IMG/VR virus record: IMGVR_UViG_3300021376_004065
Direction: 5' to 3' (one strand)
Origin: a virus
Length of the DNA: 37,060 nucleotides
Both the position numbers and the translations under genes were made by a program. How positions within the stretch are numbered: position 1 is the stretch's first letter; the number at the start of each line of letters is the position of its first letter. The notes beneath the pieces were generated by a model, which worked only from the letters and a program-made list of their open reading frames with translations, was not told where the DNA came from and searched no databases. Positions 29,895 to 37,060 of this stretch are shown here, one piece after another.

Positions 29895-32800
29895 TTATGC
29901 TGCCAAGTCTCCTAGTGCTACCCAGGTATTTGCCGCTCTTTTAACAAGAGTGGCAGAAGACCACTGAGCGCGAAGTTTTAATCCTGGTGTTGCATTTACA
30001 GTTACCCCAACAGCTCCTGCCAAAGTTACTTGGCCTGTATTTGTTTGTAAGATTCTTACTTCTGATCCAACTGGATAATCTACTGTATTATCAGCAGGGA
30101 CTGTTAGTGTTAGTCCGCTAGTAGCACTCATTTCTACTATTTTATTTTTGTCCGATCTAATCAACGTATAACTAGCTGTCTGCTGATTAAATAGCGTGCG
30201 ACTGCTAAGTAAATCGTAATTAGTACCGTCCTCTGTGATCTCCCAAAGATCTGATGTTTCATTCCAACGAATGTCAACATCGGTACTTGTGCCTCGTTCA
30301 ACAGTGACTCCGGCGTTTTCTGTTGGCGCACCAGTAACGTCGCTGTTTAGTACAATTTGATTATCTGCAATATTTAAAGTCGCAGTGTTGATAGTTGTGG
30401 TTGTCCCAGAAACAGTTAGGTTGCCTGATATGGTAACAGTTGGACTATTTAATGTTATAGTTCCGCCGTTTGCTGATCCAATGTTAATATTGGTCGTTGA
30501 CGAAACAGCTCCATTAGTTCCAAGGTTAAGAATTTTTGTAGTAGAGGCTCCTGTTGCTCCAGTGCCAATATTGTAAGTAGATTCGCCTGTGGAAGCTGAC
30601 CCCAGGTTAAGAACTTGAGCTCCTGTTGCAGTATTCGCGATATTAATAGCCGTAGCTGCGCCAGCTATGTGAAATGTTGTAGCTGCGTTTGCGAAGTTAA
30701 CGGTAGTTGCTGTTGAGGTAAATAAATCAACAGAAGAAGATCCTGTAGTTATGGATGTATTTATAACTGGAGACGTAAGAGTCTTACTTGTAAGCGTATC
30801 CGTTGAGGAACTTGTAACTATGTTAGCGTAGGTTGTGCCATCGTTAGTTAATTCCCATCTATCGCTAGACTCATTCCAGCGAAGTGCGACGTTTGTAACA
30901 TCGCCACGCTCAACTTCAATGCCTGCGTTTTCGGTTGGTTCGCTAGCCGAGTTATTGTTAAGAACAATGATGTTGTCATTAATTGTAACAGTCTCGGTGT
31001 TGACGGTGGTCGTGGTCCCCGAGACGGTCAGGTTGCCCGTGACCGTCAGGTTGTCGTCGACGGTGACGGTTCCGCCAGCCGAGTCAATCGTGAGGTTGCC
31101 TGAAGATGTGTCAATCTCGCCAGCGGCGGTGAGACCGACCTGGACGTTCCTGATGCTGAACGAACCGTCTGGCTTTACGAATGAATTTATCGTTTGGTCA
31201 TGGGACTGCCAGGTTTGTATCTTGTTGCCAGAGGCGGGAGAATTACCAGCGGTAACCATGAGTCCTTTATGGGTTGCGCCACTCGTGCTACGGATTTCAA
31301 CGGTGCCGCCACCGCCATCGCCCGTGTATCCAGAGATGAAACCCCCATTAGTCAGCGCGAAACTGCCGTATTGACTTATCGTCAATCCAGTATTGTTGCT
31401 GCCGCGGATAATCGCAAGACTTGGTCCGTTGCCGTTGTCGTAAGAGGTCGCTGACCCCCTGACGGTCAAGAATGCTTCCGGTTGCCCATCCACGTTTGGA
31501 ATTGACGTTGCGGTCGTGCCAGTGATTCGTATTTGGTTGCTCGTGTTGATGTTGCCATTGACGGTCAGGACGTCATCGACGGTCACCGTGCCGCCAGCCG
31601 AGTCAATCGTCAGGTTGCCCGATGTGGTGTCTATTTCCCCAGCGGCGGTAATTCCGACCTGGACGGCATCAAGCGTCGCGCCAGCGAACGTCGGATTGGC
31701 ATTCGTGGCGACGGATTGACCGATTGCGATTGTTGCGCTAGAACCTTCGCTTGGGGTGTGCGTGACGGTCACGCCAGTTCCAGCGGTTACATCAGAAACG
31801 TAGTTGCCCCCAGAAATGTTTTGATATGTGCTTCCGTCGTTTGTGAACTGCCACTTGTCCGTGCTTTCATTCCAGCGAAGTGCGACGTTTGTAACATCGC
31901 CACGCTCAACTTCAATGCCTGCGTTTTCGGTTGGTTCGCTAGCCGAGTTATTGTTAAGAACAATGATGTTGTCGTTAATTGTAACAGTCTCGGTGTTGAC
32001 GGTGGTTGTGGTCCCCGAAACGGTCAAGTTGCCGGTGACCGTAAGGTTGTCGTCGACGGTCACCGTGCCACCAGCGGAGTCAATCGTGAGGTTGCCCGAC
32101 GTGGTGTCTATTTCTCCAGCGGCGGTGATTCCAACCTGAACGGCATCGAGCGTCGCTCCAGCAAACGTCGGACTGTCAGATGTTCCAACGCCCAAAGTCG
32201 TGCGAATTGCACTTGTTGATGTGTCGTCAAGAATACTTCGCGCAGCAGTAGTAATATCGGTTAGTGCCGCAGTTCCTGCTGCGGTAAAGTATGGCAGCTC
32301 ACCTACTCCCTCTGTGAAAGTGATTACATCAGTCAGGCCAGCAAGTGCTGCAAGGTCTGGATCATATGCCTGTACATCTATTCCTATCTCAAGATCAAGT
32401 GTTGCTCGCATTTCCGAAATTGAAGCGTCGTCGATCAGACTTCTTGCGGTGCTTGTTATGTCAGTAACAGCAGCGGTTCCGGAACCGGTAAAGTAAGGAA
32501 GCTTGTTGTTTTCGCTAGTGAGACCAGCAATTGCCGTGAGTTCCGAATCAAGCGGCTGATATGTGTTTGGCGTAACTGCAATAGTTGCATTTGAACCTTC
32601 TGCAGGTGTGTGCGTAATTGTGATTCCAGTACCAGCAGTAAGGTCGGACATATAATTGCCCGTTGTATCTGTTCCCAGATCAATGGCATCATTTACCCAT
32701 GCGGTGCCATTCCATTTAAGAAATTGACTACTAGCAGCCGAAGTTATCGTAACATCACTTAGGTCATCAATTGTTGCAGTGGCGTTTTTCCATTTTGAGA

Positions 32801-34083
32801 GTGTTGAATCATATCTTAAAAAATCACCGTTTATTTTAGAAGTAAAAACAACATCGTTTATATTTTCAAATATAATTATAGACCATGTTGCCAGTCCGCT
32901 AGCAGATGTTAAAAATTTACCTTCGTTATTAGTTTGAGACGGAAGAAGTGTGTTTATTGCCCCAGATGCAGTAGTTGATCCAGTTCCACCATATGCTACC
33001 CCCACAGCTGATCCTTGCCATGTTCCAGAAGTAATTGTTGCAACAGAAGTAAGAATTGAATTTAGCACATTTGGTGCAAGCGTAGTTCCACTTAATGTTT
33101 GAGCATTTGCAGTTATTGTTTCACTTGCGCCTAGCTGTATCGTAGTTCCATTTATAATAACGTTGCTGTTTGCAAGTTGGCTATTTGTTATTCCACTGGC
33201 AGCTATTGATACTTGTCCAGATGTTATTTGGAATGTACTAGGATTAAACGATGCGATTCCCGTAACTGATGTTGACGCTGTTCTAATGTCTGCAGAAGTT
33301 GTTCCAGATATTCTTCCGTAAGAGTCAATTAATTGAGATTGAACAAAAGATATACCAGGAGACCCTACAGTGTTACTTTGGGCAACCGTGGCAAGATCTA
33401 TGTCGTTTGCATTTATGACTATTCTATTTGAGTTTGCCGAAGCAATACTTATTGTATTTGCAGCTTTATTTAATCCGGATCCAGCCGTTATTGAGGCTTG
33501 TATATCAGCATATGTCGTTCCGTCATTTGTAAATTCCCATTTATCGCTAGACTCATTCCAGCGTAAAGCGACATTGGTGGACGAACCGCGCTCAACTTCG
33601 ATTCCCGCGTTTTCCGATGGGTCGCCAGTTGCATTATTGTTTAAAATAATGATGTTATCGTCAAGCGTTAACGTTTCGGTGTTAATAGAGGTGGTTGTTC
33701 CAGAAACTGTCAAATTTCCGAGAAACAATTAAATTATTATTTACAGTTACATTATTAGAAGTTGTATTACCAGTAACTGTAAGAGAGGTCAAATTTCCTA
33801 AGGATGTTAAACTAGAAAACAATACATTTCCACTAAGAGTTGAACCAACTAGTGTGCCAGCATTTGCTGACGCTACAGTGGAGCCTGTCACCGTTATATT
33901 GCCGGTTACCGACATATTGCCAGCAACAACAACGTTGCCATTTTGAGAAAATGATGCAACTACTGTATTCGAACTATTGACAAATTCAACTAGGTTTGCA
34001 CTAGCGTTCGGTGCAGCTTTAAAAAGTGCTGATTCATCTTTAATTGCGAATTCTGGAGCAGACTCAATTTTTAAACGAGACAT
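29895..34083 (-). CDS. Long repetitive tail fibre/adhesin-like protein, ~1395 aa; needs a +1 shift at CGG 33720-33718
   Basis: ATG 34083 has a TGAGGTG SD. The 133-aa and 1277-aa ORFs join as NNLIVS-[G]-NLTVSGTTT. Thr/Ser/Gly-rich with four ENAG..VERG...RWNE modules and a C-terminal LKLRAQWSSATLVKRAANTWVALGDL domain. Confidence 0.8.
30871..32006. repeat. Near-identical ~140-bp direct repeats (about 30871-31010 and 31867-32006) inside the fibre gene
   Basis: TCATTCCAGCGAAGTGCGACGTTTGTAACATCGCCACGCTCAACTTCAATGCCTGCGTTTTCGG... occurs twice, 996 bp apart; diverged copies near 30260 and 33550. Confidence 0.9.
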
Positions 34084-34148
34084 GTCACCTCAATGTGTAA
34101 ATTTTTTGAAATTCCATAGAAATAGTAATACTTCTTTTTTAAAGAATA

Positions 34149-34964
34149 TTAGTTATCATGACTATTTTTTTCAATTATTTCATTTAAACTATTTATCATA
34201 TTTCCTTGATATACGTGTGTTCCAATATGATTTAAATTTATGGTTGGCTCAACCCATATTGAACCACCAACTTTTTGATAAAGCCTACAAAACCCATAAT
34301 CTTCCGATAATAATCGAGCGTCGTCATCAATAAAACTATTAAAAAAATTATATGTATATTCGTTTTCTTTGCCTTGCATTGCCCCTGTATCATCTTGATA
34401 TTTATATTTTTTATATTTTTTCATCATTTTTTCAAATACTTGACGTTTAATTAACATAAAACCAGTGCCGGCCTCGTAAACCTCTATAGCACCGTTTTCT
34501 ACTTTTGCGATAGCTTGATTTGGAGCGCCTATGTGAACAACGTGTCTTGTGGATAGTTTAGCTAGATCCGATATATTAGATTTATTTATAACTGCTTTTT
34601 GTACTTTTTCCCAATCTATTTCTTTTATTGGATAAGATCCTGTTATTACATCTTTATCGTGCCACAGCATTTTTAAAATAGATTCTCTATCAAACTGTAT
34701 ATCCGAGTCAATGAACATAAGATGGGTGCATTCTTCTAATGCTAAAAACTTTGCAGCTAAGTTATTTCTAGCTCTAGTTATTAAAGAATCGGACAATTCA
34801 CATATCGTATGTTTTAAACCTATTGAATGAAAATATAAACTTGCTTGAAGCATTGAGATAAATGTAGCAGAAGATATCATTCTACCATAACACGGTAGGG
34901 CTATAAAAATATTCCAAGATGCTATTTTTTCTTTTGGAATTTCAATTTGAGTTGAAGAAATCAT
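34149..34964 (-). CDS. GT-A fold (GT2-like) glycosyltransferase
   Basis: IFIALPCY...SLITRARN...HLMFIDSDI (DxD)...AGTGFMLIKR...LSEDYGFC...LNHIG. Confidence 0.8.
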   Translation of the reverse strand: MISSTQIEIPKEKIASWNIFIALPCYGRMISSATFISMLQASLYFHSIGLKHTICELSDSLITRARNNLAAKFLALEECTHLMFIDSDIQFDRESILKMLWHDKDVITGSYPIKEIDWEKVQKAVINKSNISDLAKLSTRHVVHIGAPNQAIAKVENGAIEVYEAGTGFMLIKRQVFEKMMKKYKKYKYQDDTGAMQGKENEYTYNFFNSFIDDDARLLSEDYGFCRLYQKVGGSIWVEPTINLNHIGTHVYQGNMINSLNEIIEKNSHDN

Positions 34965-35040
34965 TATTTTTTCCAGTAGTATATTATACAATATATCTAA
35001 ACTTTTTTCAATATTTTTTATAAATTTATTTTCATCATTG

Positions 35041-35070
35041 ATTATATCAGATATCTAAGTTGCGTTGCAA
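35041..35070 (-). promoter_or_regulatory. Sigma70-type promoter upstream of the glycosyltransferase
   Basis: TTGCAA-N18-TATAAT with an extended TG. Confidence 0.55.
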
Positions 35071-35093
35071 GTAAAACTATTTAAAGAATACAT

Positions 35094-35321
35094 TTACCAT
35101 TTATTTAGCGGACACATTGCATCTTTTAATTTGGCTTTAAGTGCCATTATGCAACCGCACTCTTTACATTGACCTGTAAGTTCAATAAAACTTGGGCACT
35201 CGTGACAGGTTTTTATTCTTTTGATAAAAATTTCTGGATCTTCTATATGGTTATTTTTATTTAAAAGATGCCACGGACGTGTAGATCCTTGTTTTTTTTT
35301 AAACTCACTCCAGGCGCTCAT
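35094..35321 (-). CDS. Small Cys-rich metal-binding protein (DUF6171-like)
   Basis: RIKTCHECP...QCKECGC...K......CP..KW. Confidence 0.6.
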   Translation of the reverse strand: MSAWSEFKKKQGSTRPWHLLNKNNHIEDPEIFIKRIKTCHECPSFIELTGQCKECGCIMALKAKLKDAMCPLNKW

Positions 35322-35328
35322 TGTGTTT

Positions 35329-35766
35329 CTAGTTAAAAATCCAATTTATTCCATCATATTTCCATCCAGGGCCAACATGGTGTTGTAGATTTACTGGTAT
35401 TTCAACAAATTGTGGAGATGAACGTAAAGCAGCTATTGCGTTTTCAGTCCTTGATGGAAATCTTTCTATGTAAGCTACATCCTGCTCTACTACAATTGCA
35501 AAGCTAATAAACCCTGATGGTGGTTTCCAATTCAAAGATGATGGAGTGGCTGATTCTTCTAATGGAGCATGAAAAGAACCATCGTATGTCCAGCCAGCCT
35601 CAACGAAATCTTCTAACTCTTTTGGTATTTCAATACATTGCGGAGATGAACGAAGCGCAGCAATTACGTTTTCGATATCTGCATTAAATTTTGATACATA
35701 AGCTACATCTTGCTCAACCACCACAGCAAAACAAACTATATCTTGTGAATTACTTAAAGTGCTCAT
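35329..35766 (-). CDS. Hypothetical protein made of two tandem ~55-aa repeats
   Basis: FA(V/I)VVEQDVAY...EN.IAALRSSPQ..EIP..L...V..GW.YDG occurs twice. Confidence 0.7.
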   Translation of the reverse strand: MSTLSNSQDIVCFAVVVEQDVAYVSKFNADIENVIAALRSSPQCIEIPKELEDFVEAGWTYDGSFHAPLEESATPSSLNWKPPSGFISFAIVVEQDVAYIERFPSRTENAIAALRSSPQFVEIPVNLQHHVGPGWKYDGINWIFN

Positions 35767-35834
35767 ATTTTCCTTTTTCTGTTTATACAGTATATCTATA
35801 ATACATTATAAATGCTATTCATTTCAACTCTCGT

Positions 35835-36471
35835 TTAGAAGCATGGATCATTCGGCATCCCACATGAATTGGGGTCGCAGTACATTACTTGAATTAGATG
35901 CGTCTCATACGGCGGACACCCGCAGTTCGTACAAGGATCGGGTAGGCACAAAGGTGCGTTCCAAATATAGGTTCTATATTTTCCGACACTGCGACTACCC
36001 GGAATACATTGATACGTATCATAATACCAGTTTAGAGATCCATTACAGGATGAACAATGTGGCGGAAATGCTGGCGGGAAGAATGGTGGGAAGAATGGTG
36101 GGAAGAATGGTGGGAAAAAGGGTGGGAAAAAGGGTGGAAAGAATGGCGGGAAGAATGGCGGGAAGAATGGTGGGAAAAAGGGTGGAAAGAATGGCGGGAA
36201 GAATGGCGGGAAGTACGGTGGGAAGTATGGTGGGAAGAAAGGGCTTTTTCTTGTGTAGTTTATTTGTGAACCCATTAAACTTAATTCTCCAGATACTGGA
36301 TTTTGAACAGTTACTGTATTAAGTTCGGCTTCAACGCTAGTATCAGAATTTGTTATGGTTCCGAATCGTGAAGCCAGCAGTAGTTATCGTTGTATTTGCA
36401 GTATCAGAGCTAACTCCAACTACATTTGGAGCAGGTTTTTTTCTTGTGCCAGCTTTATTTCCTGAAGTCAT
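35835..36471 (-). CDS. PASTA-like domain plus xFPP x15 plus 10-Cys C-terminal domain, 211 aa; needs a +1 shift at CGG 36363-36361
   Basis: MTSGNKAGTRKKPAPNVVGVSSDTANTTITTAGFTI-[G]-TITNSDTSVEAELNTVTVQNPVSGELSLMGSQINYTRKSP; collinear with the 29405..29894 paralogue. Confidence 0.78.
36060..36239 (-). repeat. 12-bp coding tandem repeat, 15 units encoding xFPP
   Basis: Same unit as 29417-29656, with synonymous variation. Confidence 0.95.
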
Positions 36472-36503
36472 TTTAGCGTAACCCGTTCTCTCTCTGTTTA
36501 ATA

Positions 36504-36719
36504 TTATACATTCAACTGTGCCGCCGCCCATGCTTGGGCTTCGTTGATGAGGTCTTGTGGTGTAAGTCCGACCGCGTTTGCCGCGTCTTGTAGTGACCAA
36601 AGTCCAAGTACGGCGTTAAGTGTCGCCATGACACCGTTAGTGTCAAGTGATCTGTGTACGTCAGGCGTTTCCCAGGTGTGTGCTACACCAGCGGGGTCGG
36701 TGAAGATGTGTTTCATCAT
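36504..36719 (-). CDS. Small hypothetical protein (71 aa), possible fibre chaperone
   Basis: ATG overlaps the upstream TGA (ATGA); MMKHIFTDPAGVAHTWETPD...AWAAAQLNV. Confidence 0.55.
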   Translation of the reverse strand: MMKHIFTDPAGVAHTWETPDVHRSLDTNGVMATLNAVLGLWSLQDAANAVGLTPQDLINEAQAWAAAQLNV

Positions 36720-37060
36720 GCAGCCTCGAAACGCAAGAGCAGTAGGTTGAAATTCGGGCTTGCACCCGCATTTATTGAATTCCATTTAGTACCTGGGGTC
36801 GGCAACGCACCCTGCGTCTGCGACACGCGCAACGTCGTGATGTAATCGTTCGCTGTGGGTGTAAAAGCCATGTATCCGCCAGGGTAAGCCTGCACCGTGA
36901 ACGCAACCGATGTGTTGATTGTCGCTAAATAAACGCCTGGCTGGAGTGTCACGGGCGAAAACTGGGTAAAGTAATTCGTGTTGCTGCTGGTTGAGACTGT
37001 CGTATTTCCTGCATCAACGATTGGTGCGCCCGACGGCTGGAAATTGTTGTCAGCGGCGTA
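36716..37060 (-). CDS. C-terminal end of a probable tail fibre/structural protein, truncated by the window
   Basis: Frame open from the window edge (YAADNNFQPSGAPIVDAGNTTVSTSS...VTLQPGVYLA...); beta-rich and GC-rich. Confidence 0.55.
   Translation of the reverse strand, partial: YAADNNFQPSGAPIVDAGNTTVSTSSNTNYFTQFSPVTLQPGVYLATINTSVAFTVQAYPGGYMAFTPTANDYITTLRVSQTQGALPTPGTKWNSINAGASPNFNLLLLRFEAA

Noticed and set aside
30385-34333. Several plus-strand ORFs of 60-228 aa within the tail fibre
   Set aside because: Antisense shadows favoured by GC-rich, repetitive codons; no SD or recognisable motifs.
35759-36322. Antisense ORFs over the second repeat (MVGR and WWEE repeats)
   Set aside because: Shadows of the minus-strand FFPP gene, for the same reason.
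856-36363. Stop-codon reassignment or simple CGG sense reassignment as the cause of the broken genes
   Set aside because: Each continuation is in the +1 frame, not the same frame; TAA, TAG and TGA all end normal genes here.
856-36363. Ordinary pseudogene decay or homopolymer sequencing errors
   Set aside because: All eight lesions are the same event (C before a GGN codon), none extends a C run, I saw no other lesion types, and probable essential genes are affected. A motif-specific artefact is still not excluded without reads.
36472-36785. ORF-track N-terminal extensions (36600 start for the PASTA gene; 36785 start for the small ORF)
   Set aside because: They overlap neighbouring genes; paralogue alignment and ATGA coupling favour ATG 36471 and ATG 36719.
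1-37060. tRNA gene (e.g. a frameshift-suppressor tRNA) within this window
   Set aside because: Intergenic gaps are short and AT-rich, and I saw no cloverleaf or T-loop signature; any such tRNA would lie elsewhere in the genome.

Overview
AT-rich (roughly one-third GC by eye), gene-dense segment of a large tailed dsDNA phage with a contractile tail; almost all genes are on the minus strand. Bases 1-17.2 kb are a tail/neck morphogenesis module: a giant tape-measure-like protein, two chaperone-like paralogues, three tail-tube-like paralogues, two sheath-like paralogues and neck proteins. Bases 17.2-29.4 kb are an accessory enzyme island: nine 2OG-Fe(II) oxygenases, sulfotransferase-like, GPx-like, methyltransferase-like, DUF6065-like, ferredoxin and HiPIP-like genes. 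Bases 29.4-37 kb hold a repetitive tail fibre, a GT2-like glycosyltransferase and two PASTA-like proteins with long (xFPP)n tails. The main result is that seven genes are interrupted by eight +1 frame changes, each at an in-frame CGG codon; skipping the C gives a GGN glycine codon and restores the full gene. I found no in-frame CGG in any intact gene (manual scan). This suggests CGGN is decoded as a 4-nt glycine unit or obligatory +1 frameshift, although a systematic sequencing artefact must be excluded. The second result is a possible phage system that hydroxylates and decorates extensin-like Pro/Phe repeat proteins. Product calls come from motifs read by eye; no database search was run.
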